A stretch of 64,000 nucleotides of DNA from a virus, in IMG/VR virus record IMGVR_UViG_3300036832_001295, positions 21,709 to 85,708 of that record. One strand, given 5' to 3'. Shown here in pieces: positions 1 to 10,133 of the stretch. Both the position numbers and the translations under genes were made by a program. Numbering within the stretch: the stretch's first letter is position 1; every line of letters begins with the position of its first letter. The notes below the pieces were generated by a model. The model was not told the origin of the DNA. It made no database searches and saw nothing but the letters and a program-made list of their open reading frames with translations.

Positions 1-156
1 CTTCTGCCACACGGTGACCACCTCGGCGTAGTCCTCGCCCAACCGGGGGGTGCCTGCCTGGGTGGGCACCTCCGCGTAGTCCTCCACCAGCCGGGGCGTG
101 CTGGCCTGGGTGACGACGACCTCGGCGTAGTCCTCAACAACCCGGCGGTCGGTCAC
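1..156 (-). CDS. Partial virion/tail-associated protein with ~17-aa RxxEDYAEV repeats (runs off window start)
   Basis: GTG at 156 overlaps the stop of the neighbouring gene; the frame reads MTDRRVVEDYAEVVVTQASTPRLVEDYAEVPTQAGTPPRLGEDYAEV to position 1. Confidence 0.65.
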   Translation of the reverse strand, partial: MTDRRVVEDYAEVVVTQASTPRLVEDYAEVPTQAGTPRLGEDYAEVVTVWQK

Positions 157-1202
157 GACACCTCAGCCCCCACCTGAAGCGCGTTCACACCCGCCACCGT
201 CCAGGCTGCGCTGGTGGCCGGGTCGGTCTCCCGCACCGCCTGGGAATACACCTTGCTGGTCGCGCCGACGGTCACGGTGGGGTCGTAGTAGATGGTGCCG
301 CCGGAGCGCACCACCGGTTTGAAACCACCTGCCCCGGCGTCGCTGTTCTGTCCAGTGACAACGTTGCGGACGGCGAGCACGGCGCTGGTGCCGACTGCCA
401 GGTCGGGCAGGTTGTAGCTGTCCCGGGTGCCGACCACTGCGGAGTAGTTGTAAGACGAGGCGTTCTGGTCGGACACGTTCTGGTAGTTGGAACCCGCCGT
501 TGGGGTCAACCCGGTGTCGGAGCCTGCCGCGTTCGGGGACAGCGTCTGGATGCGGATCGGACCGAGGAAGGAGTTGTTGCGGGAGCCGCTGGTGTCGGCG
601 ACGTAGAAGTCGTCAATCAGCATGGTGCCGGGCGTGCCTGACCCAGTAGAGGTGGTCCAGCCGATTTGCACCGTGTCGAAGCTGGTGTTGGTGCCCGCGT
701 TCTTGGTGTCGATGTTGGTCAGGCTGCCATCGACGTTGCCGTCCACCCGCCAGGTGATCTCACCGATGGTGTCGCTGATCGTGATGCGAGCCTCGACGTA
801 GTACCACTGGTTGTTCGCCATCGGCGTGGTGAACGAGCCAAGTGGTGTGGCGTTGCCGCCACGCCGCCACTGGAATGGACCGGATATCGGTATCCAGAGT
901 TCGACGTGGCTGGTTGTTCCACCGTCACCGAGCAGATGCAGGACCGCCTGGTCCCCGTTGCTCCCGGAGGGACGCACCATGACGTTTATCGCGAACCCGA
1001 TGTAGACGGTTACGACAGCGGGAATCGTCTGCGAGAGCCGTGACCACTGCCCGTTAGCGGTGCCCGCGAAGTTGAGCGATTTGCCTGCGCTGAACGGGCT
1101 GCTGGTTGACGGCGTGGTGGTCGGTGTGCCGCTGACGGTGTAGGAACTCCACTTGCTCAGGTAGTCCCCGGTGTCGAACCCGTCGCAGAACAGCAGGCTC
1201 AT
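153..1202 (-). CDS. Minor tail protein, concanavalin/LamG-like beta-sandwich
   Basis: 349 aa, S/T/G rich, NNQWYYVEARITI..WRVDG and IDDFYVAD motifs; lies in the tail gene cluster. Confidence 0.65.
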   Translation of the reverse strand: MSLLFCDGFDTGDYLSKWSSYTVSGTPTTTPSTSSPFSAGKSLNFAGTANGQWSRLSQTIPAVVTVYIGFAINVMVRPSGSNGDQAVLHLLGDGGTTSHVELWIPISGPFQWRRGGNATPLGSFTTPMANNQWYYVEARITISDTIGEITWRVDGNVDGSLTNIDTKNAGTNTSFDTVQIGWTTSTGSGTPGTMLIDDFYVADTSGSRNNSFLGPIRIQTLSPNAAGSDTGLTPTAGSNYQNVSDQNASSYNYSAVVGTRDSYNLPDLAVGTSAVLAVRNVVTGQNSDAGAGGFKPVVRSGGTIYYDPTVTVGATSKVYSQAVRETDPATSAAWTVAGVNALQVGAEVS

Positions 1203-1203
1203 C

Positions 1204-3345
1204 TCAGGCCAGTCCGATCTGCACGGTCAGCCCCGACCCGGCGAACGTGGAACCGACCTGGTCGATGTCCACCGTCAGGTAGTCCCCGGCCGCCAGCGCG
1301 GTGACATCCGGGGTGGAGGACAGGTCCGCGTTCGTCCCGGCCGCAATGGTGGGCCGGTTGGCCTGGGTGGTGAAGATGGTGGTGCCGTTGCGGTTCACGT
1401 CCACGATCGCTGCCGCGCCGGTCGGTGCGGTGCCCAGGCTGGCGATCACGTAGGAGATGGTGCGGGCCACCGGCAGGTAGATCCGCGGCTCGCCGACCTT
1501 GACGCTCACCGCCCCCGAGGCGGAGAAGGTGATCGGCGCGACCCCGGCGGCAGCACCGCCGGACAGCTGCACCGTGGCCCCGTTGACCCGGGCGAACACC
1601 CCGGCCGCGGTGACCCAGATGTCGCCGTTGACCAGCACCGTGGGAGCACTCGTCTCCGGGGTCAGGTTGAGCAGCCCAGGTACCTGCACGTGATGCAACG
1701 CGGTGCCCAGCACGAAATCGTTGAGGTTGGCCGCCTGCGCCCCGTTACCCGCATTGTCGGTGCCGATGGCGACCGCACCTGCCTGGTCGGACCAGGTGTT
1801 CGCACCCAGCGCGAGCGAGTTCGCACCGTTCGCGCCCGCGCCTGCCCCAGCCGCGGTCGAACTGTCCCCGTAGGCGGTGGCGGAGATGGCGACCGAGTTG
1901 TCGGCCTGCGCCCAGGCGTTGGGGCCGAGCGCCAACGCCTGGTAGCCGCCCGAACCGGATATCCCGCACCAGGCCCGCCAGCCCAGCGCGGTCGCACCCA
2001 CGTCCGGGGCAGCCGCCTCCCTGCCGATCGCGATGGCCTGACTGCCCGCTGCACTGGCCCGGTAGCCGATGCCGATCGAGTCGGCCCCGGAGGCGACCAT
2101 GTTGTTCAGCGCGTCCCCGGAGCCGATGGCGACCGCGTTGTCACCGGAGGCGAGCACCCGGAAGCCCATCCCGATGCTGTACGCACCGGGGACCCAGGCC
2201 AGCACCATCTCGCCGATGGCAATCGCGCCCTGCTTGGTGGCCTGCGCGCCGTTGCCGATCGCGATGCTGCTGTCCGTGTTGGTGGTGGACTCACCCGCCC
2301 GCGCGCCGCTACCGATCGCGATGTGCGCGTTGGTGGTGCCGGAAGACAGCAGCGTGGCCGCGCCCAGCCCGATCGCCATGTCGGCTTGGTTGGTGGCATC
2401 ACAGGCCCGTCCGAGCGCCAGCCCGGCGTAGTTGCGGGCTTCGCTGCGGTAGCCGATGGCGACGCCGTACTCGGCGGGGGCATCGACCGTCGCCCCGTCA
2501 CCGATCGCGATGCCGTGGTCGACTCCGACGTCGGAGGTACCGCTGCCCGCGAGGGTGCTGGTGATCGAGACGGCGCTGGCATCGACCTGGGTGCCGGTGA
2601 TGACATTGGTAGCCCCGGTAGCACCCGGCGGGCCAGCGGGACCGCTCGCCCCGGCAGGACCCGCGGGTCCGGTTACTCCGGCGGGACCGGCGGGTCCGGT
2701 TGACCCGGTCGCCCCGGTAGGCCCGGTGCTGCCTTGCGGACCGGCGGGTCCGACCACTCCCTGCGGACCGGCCGGACCGGTGGATCCGGCAACCCCCGGC
2801 GGACCTTGCAACGGCTGGAACTGGAAGGCGACCATCACCTGCGCGCCGTCGGCCGGTTCGGTGCCCTGCGGCGACCCGGCGTCGGTGGTCACCCCGACCC
2901 GGTACTGCTGGGCGGCGACCTGGGTGGGTGCGACGGTGATCGTGTACCGGTGCCAGGAGGCGGCGTTGTTGGCCTGTTGCAGGTAGATGTGATCGCCGAT
3001 CGCCAGCGGGGTGAGCACCTCGGCGAAGTCGACGTTGTTGATGTCCAGGGTGTTCAGCCACAGCGTGCTGGCCTGCGCGGGTAGGTCGGTGTTCACCCCG
3101 ATGTGCTGGGCGGCGGGGGCTGCGGAGATGGGTGCGGCGGTCCAGTACCAGACCGACTGCTGGGTACCGCCCCCGGCCCCGCCCGGATTGCCTTGCGGAC
3201 CGACCGCGCCCTGTGTCCCCGCGGGCCCGGCACTGCCTTGCGGTCCTGCCGGGCCCTGCGTCCCGGCAGGACCGGTCGGACCCTGTGCCCCGTAGGCGAT
3301 GTAGAGCCAGGAGCCGTCTTGGGCCTTGACCTTCGTCGCGGTCAT
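1204..3345 (-). CDS. Tail fibre with collagen-like (GxY) segments and YadA-head-like (AIAIG) repeats
   Basis: GPxGPxG runs; repeated ~14-aa 'SIAIG/AVAIG' units; C-terminal beta domain. Confidence 0.8.
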   Translation of the reverse strand: MTATKVKAQDGSWLYIAYGAQGPTGPAGTQGPAGPQGSAGPAGTQGAVGPQGNPGGAGGGTQQSVWYWTAAPISAAPAAQHIGVNTDLPAQASTLWLNTLDINNVDFAEVLTPLAIGDHIYLQQANNAASWHRYTITVAPTQVAAQQYRVGVTTDAGSPQGTEPADGAQVMVAFQFQPLQGPPGVAGSTGPAGPQGVVGPAGPQGSTGPTGATGSTGPAGPAGVTGPAGPAGASGPAGPPGATGATNVITGTQVDASAVSITSTLAGSGTSDVGVDHGIAIGDGATVDAPAEYGVAIGYRSEARNYAGLALGRACDATNQADMAIGLGAATLLSSGTTNAHIAIGSGARAGESTTNTDSSIAIGNGAQATKQGAIAIGEMVLAWVPGAYSIGMGFRVLASGDNAVAIGSGDALNNMVASGADSIGIGYRASAAGSQAIAIGREAAAPDVGATALGWRAWCGISGSGGYQALALGPNAWAQADNSVAISATAYGDSSTAAGAGAGANGANSLALGANTWSDQAGAVAIGTDNAGNGAQAANLNDFVLGTALHHVQVPGLLNLTPETSAPTVLVNGDIWVTAAGVFARVNGATVQLSGGAAAGVAPITFSASGAVSVKVGEPRIYLPVARTISYVIASLGTAPTGAAAIVDVNRNGTTIFTTQANRPTIAAGTNADLSSTPDVTALAAGDYLTVDIDQVGSTFAGSGLTVQIGLA

Positions 3346-3352
3346 CGGGTCA

Positions 3353-3535
3353 CTACCTGGCGGCCCGGGTTTCGGCGCTGGGTTGTGCCGCCCCGTTGTC
3401 AGAAACCTTGAACTCGTTCAAAGTTGCCTCCAACGCTGCGATCCGCGCGTTGGCCTGGGCGAGCGCCAGCCCGACCTGGTTGAGCAGGTAGATCAGACCC
3501 TCGATGTTCGGGACGTTGTTCACAGGCTGGGACAT
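3353..3535 (-). CDS. Small coiled-coil protein (possible fibre chaperone)
   Basis: 60 aa, [15 protein letters not shown] heptads, located between fibre genes. Confidence 0.55.
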   Translation of the reverse strand: MSQPVNNVPNIEGLIYLLNQVGLALAQANARIAALEATLNEFKVSDNGAAQPSAETRAAR

Positions 3536-3574
3536 GGGATGTTCCGTTCTGAGCCTTCCGGCCCGGGAAAACTG

Positions 3575-3844
3575 CTACGGCGTGTTGACCGCCTGCACGG
3601 CAGCGAGGATGTTGCCGTCGGTGATCACGTCGTCGCGCATCCCCAGGTCCGGGTTCTGGTTGACGGTCATCGAATCCACCGCAGAGGTCCACTGGTCCGT
3701 CCAACCGGGTGAGGCAAGCAGCTTCCACCAGTTGGTGGCCACCCAGCCTTCCGGGCTGTCGATGCCCTCCCCGGCTGCGGCGGCGGTGCACCGGTTGCGC
3801 AACGACGTGCTGCCCGACATCGACACGCTCGCGTTGTAGGTCAT
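3575..3844 (-). CDS. Small actinophage tail-associated protein
   Basis: 89 aa, GGAG RBS, C-terminal VITDGNILAAVQA motif typical of proteins following actinophage fibre genes. Confidence 0.7.
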   Translation of the reverse strand: MTYNASVSMSGSTSLRNRCTAAAAGEGIDSPEGWVATNWWKLLASPGWTDQWTSAVDSMTVNQNPDLGMRDDVITDGNILAAVQAVNTP

Positions 3845-3854
3845 ACGGGTCTCC

Positions 3855-6800
3855 TCACTTCCAGGCCGGGACGTAGACGGTGGTGCCGTCGCTAGAGGTC
3901 ATCCTGAACCACGTGTAGGGGGCGGCGGCCACAGTGGCCGGGCTGTTCGCGCCGAGCGCGGCGCTGGCTGCGCCGGTCGCGTTGTTGCTGATCTTCACTT
4001 GATGGTTGGCGGTGCCCAGCGCGATCTGGTTGGCCACCGCGGTACTGGCCCCGGCCGCGCCGCTGTCCGTGCCGATGGCCACCGAACCGTTGCCGCTGGC
4101 CACCGTGGCATAGCCGAGCGCGGTGGTATAGGCCAACGACGCGCCGCTGAAGTTGGCCTGGTAGCCCAGCGCGGTGTTGCCCGAGCCGTCGACCAGCGAG
4201 AACAGCGGCCGGTAGCCGACCCCGGTGTTGCTGGCCCCGGTGGTGGCGCTGCGTACCGCGTTGTCGCCGACCCCGGTGTTGTTGATGCCGGTGGTCACCG
4301 AGAGCAGCGCCGCGTAGCCCAGCGCGGTGCAGGCCACTGCGCCAGCGGCGTTGTTCAGCGCCTGGTAGCCGACCGCCACCATGCTGCCGACGGTGGTGTT
4401 CTTCATCATCGCCTGCCAGCCGATGGCGACGTTCTGCGCCCCGGTGGTGTTGCCGAGCAACGCGCTGCTGCCGATCGCGATGTTGAATGCAGCGTCGGTA
4501 AGGCTCTTCAGTGCGTTGAATCCGACGGCGACGTTCTCTGTGGCGTTGACGGTTGGCGCGCCAGCGCTCATCGCCTGGGCACCTACCGCGATGTTGTAGT
4601 TGGCGATCAGGGTGTTGCCCGCGTAGTAGCCGAGCGCGACGTTCTGCTGGCCGGTCGTCGTGTTCTGCAGCGCGCTCATCCCGACTGCGGTGTTGTACGC
4701 CCCGGAAGCCTTGTAGAGCGCGTTCTGGCCGATCGCGACACTGCCCGACCCGGCGGTGGCGATCTGCATCGCGTTCATCCCGATGGCGACTTGCCCGTCG
4801 CTGGCGGTGGCGGTGCTCAGCGCGTTCGCCCCGATGGCGACGCTGTTGTTGCTGCCAGCGACTATCGCCGACAGCGCGCCGTTGCCGAGCGCGGTGTTGC
4901 CGGAGCCGGTGGTGTTGTTCTGCATCGCGTTATAGCCGACCGCGGTGTTGCTGTTGCCGATCGTGTTCTGTAACGCCTGCGATCCGACGCCGACATTGAA
5001 ACTGCAAGCGTCGGACAGGTTCATCGCGTTGTAGCCGAGCGCGACATTGTTGTTGCCGGTCAGCATCGCCGCGAGGGTGCTGGTGCCGACCGCCACGATG
5101 GAGCCAGCGGTGGTGGCGGCGGTCATCGCGTTGTAGCCGACAGCGGTGTTGTTGACTCCGGTGGTGCTGGCTTTGAGGGCGTTGTTGCCGACTGCGACGC
5201 TGATGCAGCTAGCAGAAGTGTTGGCGGCGAGCGTCGAGTAGCCGACTGCGACCGACCCGCCGATGCCATTGGCGTTCTGCATCGCGAGGGAGCCGACGGC
5301 GGTGTTGGTGCCACCGGAGACGTTCGCTGACAAGGCGAGAATGCCGACCGCGGTGTTGTTGCTGCCGGTCTGGTTCAGGGACAGCGCGGCGTGCCCGAGC
5401 CCAGTGTTGCTGGCCCCGGTGGTATTCACCTGCAACGTGGTGTAGCCCATCGCGATGTTGCCGGTGCCGCTGGTGTTGGCTTTCAGCGCGTTCAGCCCGA
5501 CCGCGACCAGCCCGGTGGCGGTGTTGCTTTGCAACGCGCTGACGCCGATCGCGGTGCAGGAACTGGCCGTCGTGGTCCCGGACATAGCGTTATAGCCGAG
5601 CGCAGTATTGGAAGCGCTGGTGGTGACCGCTGCCAGCGCGCCGAGGCCGACGGCGGTACTGCTGCTGCCGTCTACGTTCGCGGCCAGCGCGCTGCTGCCG
5701 ACCGCGGTGTTGCTGCCTCCGGTGGTGTCCGCAGCGAGCGCGACGTATCCGAGGGCGGTGTTGCCCGTCCCGCTGGTGTTGGCCTTCAGCGCGTTCAGCC
5801 CGACCGCGGTCTGGTTGCTGACGGTGGTGTTCTGCAGCGCGGCGTAGCCGACCGCGACATTCTGCGACCCGCTGGACAACTGCATGCAGGTGCTGCCGAC
5901 CGCGGTGTTGTAGCCGGTGGTGTTGGTGTTGCCGGACAGGGCGTTGACTCCCACCGCGACGTTATTAGCGCCGGTCACGGTGGTAGACAGTGCGGCGTAG
6001 CCGAGCGCGGTGTTGTTGATGCCGGAGGTGTTGGCGTTCAGCGCCTGGTAGCCAAGCCCAACATTGGCGGTGCCGGTGGTGTTCTGCTGCATCGCGGCGT
6101 AACCGACCGCGGTCTGGTTGCCCGAGGTCGTGTTCTGCAGGGCGAGGTAGCCCACTGCGACATTCGCGCCCCCGGACGTGGACAGCTGCATCGCGGCGTA
6201 GCCGAGTGCGGTGTTGGTGCCACTGCTGGTCGCTCCGGCCAGCGCCGACCAGCCGAACGCGGTGTTGCCAGTGGCCGTGGCGTTCTGCAACGCGGATGTG
6301 CCAACTGCGGTGTTGTTCGCGCCGCTGACGTTGGCGAGTAGCGCGTTGTAGCCGAGCGCGACGTTGCTGCCGCCGGTCGTGTTGTTGGATAGGGCGGCAT
6401 TGCCGACCGCAGTGTTCGCAGCGCCGGTCGTGTTCAGGCAGAGCGCCTGGATGCCGAACGCGGTGCCCGCGACGGTGCTGTTCTGCAGCGCCCGGTAGCC
6501 CATCGCGGTGCCGCTCGGGCCGGTGCAGAGTTGCATCGCCAGTTCACCGACGGCGGTGTTGAAGTTGCCGGTGGCGTTGGTGGCCAGCGCGAGGTAGCCG
6601 ACGGCGGTGTTGTTGACGGCGGTGGTGAGCGCGGCGAGGGCGCTGTTGCCGACGGCGGTGTTGTTGCCGGAGCCGGTGGTCTGGGCAGCCATTGCGCCCA
6701 GCCCGAAGCCTTCGTTGTGGTTGGCGGGTTCACCGAAGACTTGGGACAGCACTGAGCCGTGCGCGTCGATCCCGACCACGTTGGCCCAACCGATGGCGTA

Positions 6801-8411
6801 GTCGGTGCCGCTGGTCTTGGTCAGCGCCTGCCCGGTGGTGCCACCGGCAGGCACACCTATCACGGTCTGATCTGCGGTCACCTGGACCCGGAAGTAGGCG
6901 ATGTCGGTCGCACTGGCGGTCATCGAGACCTGGAACTGGTTATTCGACTGCGCGGACACCCGAGCCTGCAACGCCAGCGTCTGCCCATGGGTGATCGGAT
7001 TGGCGTTCACCACGGCCAGCGCAGCGGTCTGCGTCGTGTTGGCGGCGACGTTGACGAAGGCGTTGCGGGTCAGCGGTGCCGCCCCGTTGACCGAGACGCC
7101 GAACTCCACCGTCCCGGTCCGGGTGGTGGTGTTCGTCAGGGTCATCTGGGCGGAGATCGTCGCGTCCCCGACCGGGATGTCGCGTCCGACCACCAACGAC
7201 AGGCCGAGATCCACCCACGGAGAAGGTGCGGCGACACCCGCAGCCTTGATCGTCACGCCGGTCTGGGTCGACGCGCTGATCTGGTAGCCGAGGGCCGGTG
7301 GCGCACCCCAGCCGAGGATCGCGTTGTTCGAGTTGTCGAAGCCCGCGATCACCAGCGGCGAGTCCTGCTGGCCGCCGAGCATGGTGGACATGGGCATCTG
7401 CGAGTCCAGCAGCAGACGCGGTGCACTGACGATGATGCCGTCCGGGGACGAGACGCCCAGCGCGTCGGCGTTCGGGTTCTCTACGTCGGGGACGATGCCG
7501 ATGGTGCCGGACGAGGCGTCGTAGGCGATCCCCAACGCGCCGGTCATCGTGTCCCCGGTGGTGTTCACGTACAACCCGTCCGCGATGGCCTGGTCAAGAC
7601 CGGGCACCCCGACCTCCTGCCAGGGCGACCAGGCCTGCGTGGTGCTCCCGGTGGTGTAGGTGCGGAAGAAGCGTCGCCCGGAGGTCAACCCGGTCCAGGT
7701 CTGGGTCTGGGCCTGCGGCGTGTCGGTGGCGGTGCCGTCCACCCAGTCGTAGTCGGCCAGGTCGACGGTCAGGATCGCCTGCTCACCGGTCAGCGGGCCG
7801 CTGGCGGCGCGGTAGCTTCCGTTCATGAACACGTGATCCGGGTCGGCGCTGACATTGCCGGTGAACGACAACGGGGTCCACACCGACCAGAGGTTCTGCT
7901 GGCTGTGCCGCACCCACACGTCGTTGTTCAGGTCGGTGGTGTGTGGGCCGTCCGCGATCCACGTCTGGCTGATGTGCCGCAGTGACGGGTCGGCCCCCTG
8001 GCCGGTGCCGAAGACCTGCAAGACGCCGGTCGGGTCCTGCCCCTCGATGTCGACGCTGGCGACGTCCATCGCGATCGGCAACTGGGTGCGGTGGATCAGG
8101 TAGAAGCCCGGTTCGGTCAGGTCGTCGGCGGTGCCGACCCCGGTCATGTCCTGCAGCTGCCCCAGGCCGCCGTCGACCCCGGTCATGTCATCGGTGTCCA
8201 CCCAGAAATCGCCGGTCTGTGCCGTGCCCGGCTCGTCCGGCTGGATGAAGACGTCCGGACCGTCCTCGCCGTCCGTACCCGGTGGACCTGCCGGGCCCGG
8301 TGGACCAGGCGGGCCGGGCGAGGTGGGCCAGACGTCGACATTCCCAGCGCCGCCGGTCCCGCCCAGGTCGAAGTCGATCGGGGTAGAGGCAGTTACCCGG
8401 TAGTTGGTCAT
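3855..8411 (-). CDS. Large tail fibre/adhesin with dozens of NTAVGxxAL (YadA-like beta-roll) repeats
   Basis: Likely start MTNYRV at 8411, overlapping the upstream stop (track's 8927 start is an overextension); ~1518 aa; ~14-aa repeats across ~3.9-6.7 kb. Confidence 0.8.
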   Translation of the reverse strand: MTNYRVTASTPIDFDLGGTGGAGNVDVWPTSPGPPGPPGPAGPPGTDGEDGPDVFIQPDEPGTAQTGDFWVDTDDMTGVDGGLGQLQDMTGVGTADDLTEPGFYLIHRTQLPIAMDVASVDIEGQDPTGVLQVFGTGQGADPSLRHISQTWIADGPHTTDLNNDVWVRHSQQNLWSVWTPLSFTGNVSADPDHVFMNGSYRAASGPLTGEQAILTVDLADYDWVDGTATDTPQAQTQTWTGLTSGRRFFRTYTTGSTTQAWSPWQEVGVPGLDQAIADGLYVNTTGDTMTGALGIAYDASSGTIGIVPDVENPNADALGVSSPDGIIVSAPRLLLDSQMPMSTMLGGQQDSPLVIAGFDNSNNAILGWGAPPALGYQISASTQTGVTIKAAGVAAPSPWVDLGLSLVVGRDIPVGDATISAQMTLTNTTTRTGTVEFGVSVNGAAPLTRNAFVNVAANTTQTAALAVVNANPITHGQTLALQARVSAQSNNQFQVSMTASATDIAYFRVQVTADQTVIGVPAGGTTGQALTKTSGTDYAIGWANVVGIDAHGSVLSQVFGEPANHNEGFGLGAMAAQTTGSGNNTAVGNSALAALTTAVNNTAVGYLALATNATGNFNTAVGELAMQLCTGPSGTAMGYRALQNSTVAGTAFGIQALCLNTTGAANTAVGNAALSNNTTGGSNVALGYNALLANVSGANNTAVGTSALQNATATGNTAFGWSALAGATSSGTNTALGYAAMQLSTSGGANVAVGYLALQNTTSGNQTAVGYAAMQQNTTGTANVGLGYQALNANTSGINNTALGYAALSTTVTGANNVAVGVNALSGNTNTTGYNTAVGSTCMQLSSGSQNVAVGYAALQNTTVSNQTAVGLNALKANTSGTGNTALGYVALAADTTGGSNTAVGSSALAANVDGSSSTAVGLGALAAVTTSASNTALGYNAMSGTTTASSCTAIGVSALQSNTATGLVAVGLNALKANTSGTGNIAMGYTTLQVNTTGASNTGLGHAALSLNQTGSNNTAVGILALSANVSGGTNTAVGSLAMQNANGIGGSVAVGYSTLAANTSASCISVAVGNNALKASTTGVNNTAVGYNAMTAATTAGSIVAVGTSTLAAMLTGNNNVALGYNAMNLSDACSFNVGVGSQALQNTIGNSNTAVGYNAMQNNTTGSGNTALGNGALSAIVAGSNNSVAIGANALSTATASDGQVAIGMNAMQIATAGSGSVAIGQNALYKASGAYNTAVGMSALQNTTTGQQNVALGYYAGNTLIANYNIAVGAQAMSAGAPTVNATENVAVGFNALKSLTDAAFNIAIGSSALLGNTTGAQNVAIGWQAMMKNTTVGSMVAVGYQALNNAAGAVACTALGYAALLSVTTGINNTGVGDNAVRSATTGASNTGVGYRPLFSLVDGSGNTALGYQANFSGASLAYTTALGYATVASGNGSVAIGTDSGAAGASTAVANQIALGTANHQVKISNNATGAASAALGANSPATVAAAPYTWFRMTSSDGTTVYVPAWK

Positions 8412-9163
8412 GAAGTCACCGTCACATCCCCGACCGCGATCGTGACGATCCCCTCCGGCAGGCTCAGGCGGCACTCCCACCGACAGACCGGCGGCAAAGT
8501 CACGGTGATGGTGTGGTCCAACATCAGGTGGATCACGTTGACGTTGACGGACAGCACGGTGAACACACCCAGCTGTTGACCGCCGTGGAAGACGTCGGCG
8601 GCGACCATGTCGCCGCTCAGGTCGGCGGGGGCCCCGGTGTCCTGGTCGGTGAGAGTGAGGTCGAGGAAGTAGTCGTCGCCGCCCCGGAAACGGATGTTGA
8701 CGATGGCCGGTTCGGCTTCCACGGTCTGCGGCGGTTCGGTCGGTTCCGGCGGGCCCGGCGGTATCTCCCCGGCAGGCAACGGCGGCCAGGCGGTGACCCG
8801 CGGGGTGACGGTGAGCACCCCGGAGGCGATCTTGGCGGTGTCCCCGTCGACCAGCCCGAAGCAGTCCCAGAAGCCGCGCCCGGAGGGCATCAGGGCGGTC
8901 ACCGAGGCAGCCAGGTGCAGCAGCCATTGACCGACCGCGATGATCTGGATCAGGCCGTCGGCGGTGCCGGTGACATCCAGCCGGGCCAGCAGTTGGGAGT
9001 CGGGGTTGGTGTCCCGGCGCATCTCGATGACCGGCTCATCGACCGGCAGCGGGGTGACCGCGTCGGAGCGGTAGACCCAGAACGGTTCGGTGAACGCCGC
9101 CCCGCAGGCGATGCTCATCGCCAGCTGGGTGTTGCCGGGCAGCGTGTAGCTGGGCGCGCTCAC
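8408..9163 (-). CDS. Virion structural protein (two BppU-like adaptor domains)
   Basis: 251 aa with duplicated beta-rich domains ending in 'SGVLTVTP' and 'VGDVTVTS'; tail cluster. Confidence 0.55.
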   Translation of the reverse strand: MSAPSYTLPGNTQLAMSIACGAAFTEPFWVYRSDAVTPLPVDEPVIEMRRDTNPDSQLLARLDVTGTADGLIQIIAVGQWLLHLAASVTALMPSGRGFWDCFGLVDGDTAKIASGVLTVTPRVTAWPPLPAGEIPPGPPEPTEPPQTVEAEPAIVNIRFRGGDDYFLDLTLTDQDTGAPADLSGDMVAADVFHGGQQLGVFTVLSVNVNVIHLMLDHTITVTLPPVCRWECRLSLPEGIVTIAVGDVTVTS

Positions 9164-9188
9164 GTTACTTTGGCGCTCAGCGGGGCGG

Positions 9189-9854
9189 TTAGCCCATCAC
9201 GCAGACGTGCAGCATGTAGGTCTGGCTCTTCTCCTTGATCTGGATCGTCTGTGGGTGGAACGCCTCCGGGCAGAACGGACCGGCGGGCCCCTGCGGTCCT
9301 TGGACACCTTGCTTGCCCCGCGGGCCCGGTGCGCCACGTGGTCCGGCGGGACCCGCGGCCCCTTGTTTGCCGGTGGCCCCACGCTGGCCCTGTGCGCCCT
9401 GCTGTCCGGTCGCGCCGCGTGCCCCCTGCTGCCCGGTCGCGCCCTGCTGTCCTTGTGCGCCACGCGCTCCCGCGGCACCCTGGGCACCGGACGCGCCGGG
9501 TGCGCCTTCGGGGCCTACCCTCCCAGGTTGGCCGGAGGTCCCCGGCGCTCCGTTGCGTCCCGCCGAGCCGGTTGCCCCGCTGGCCCCGGGACTGCCTGCC
9601 GTCCCGGCTGGCCCGCTCGGCCCGGCACTGCCGGGGGTGCCGTTGGGTCCCATCAGCCCGGCACTGCCCGCCGGTCCCGGTGACCCGGCCGGACCGGCAG
9701 GACCGCGGGGGCCGGGAATCCCGGCGTTGGCCTGCGCCTGCTTCTGGCCCAGCACCAGCGCCGCGACCGAGACGCTCAGCAGCAGCCCGGCGATGATGAA
9801 CGCCGCGCTAGCTTTGCCGAAGATCCGGTCCGCCCAACTCGTCACCTGGTTCAT
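9189..9854 (-). CDS. Membrane-anchored collagen-like protein
   Basis: Start MNQVTS with upstream GGAGG; one TM helix then a long Gly-X-Y repeat; C-terminal Cys pair; lysis cassette context. Confidence 0.75.
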   Translation of the reverse strand: MNQVTSWADRIFGKASAAFIIAGLLLSVSVAALVLGQKQAQANAGIPGPRGPAGPAGSPGPAGSAGLMGPNGTPGSAGPSGPAGTAGSPGASGATGSAGRNGAPGTSGQPGRVGPEGAPGASGAQGAAGARGAQGQQGATGQQGARGATGQQGAQGQRGATGKQGAAGPAGPRGAPGPRGKQGVQGPQGPAGPFCPEAFHPQTIQIKEKSQTYMLHVCVMG

Positions 9855-10116
9855 CGTCGTCCTCCTTCTCCGGTTCGGGTTCGGGCACCGCGATGCCATG
9901 TTCGGCCAGCAGCATCATCAGTCGATAGTTGGCCAGTTCGGCCTGCACCCGACCGTGCCGCTCCTCGGCAAGCATCCCCTCGACCTCGCCTAGCTCGCCC
10001 TTGGCCGCCCGGCGTTCCTTGCTGCGCGCCGCCCGGATGGCCAGCAGCACTCCGGCGACGGCGGTGATGATCGCAGCCAGCCCGGTGACGATGGCGACGA
10101 TGTTGAAGGTGTCCAT
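9808..10116 (-). CDS. Holin-like/lysis-cassette membrane protein
   Basis: MDTFNIVAIVTGLAAIITAVAGVLLAI TM helix plus coiled coil, directly after the lysin; GGAGG RBS. Confidence 0.6.
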   Translation of the reverse strand: MDTFNIVAIVTGLAAIITAVAGVLLAIRAARSKERRAAKGELGEVEGMLAEERHGRVQAELANYRLMMLLAEHGIAVPEPEPEKEDDDEPGDELGGPDLRQS

Positions 10117-10133
10117 CGCCCTCCCGCCACGGT

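Noticed and set aside
2600-9720. 9-nt and 42-nt periodic DNA repeats
   Set aside because: Explained by collagen Gly-X-Y and beta-roll protein repeats.
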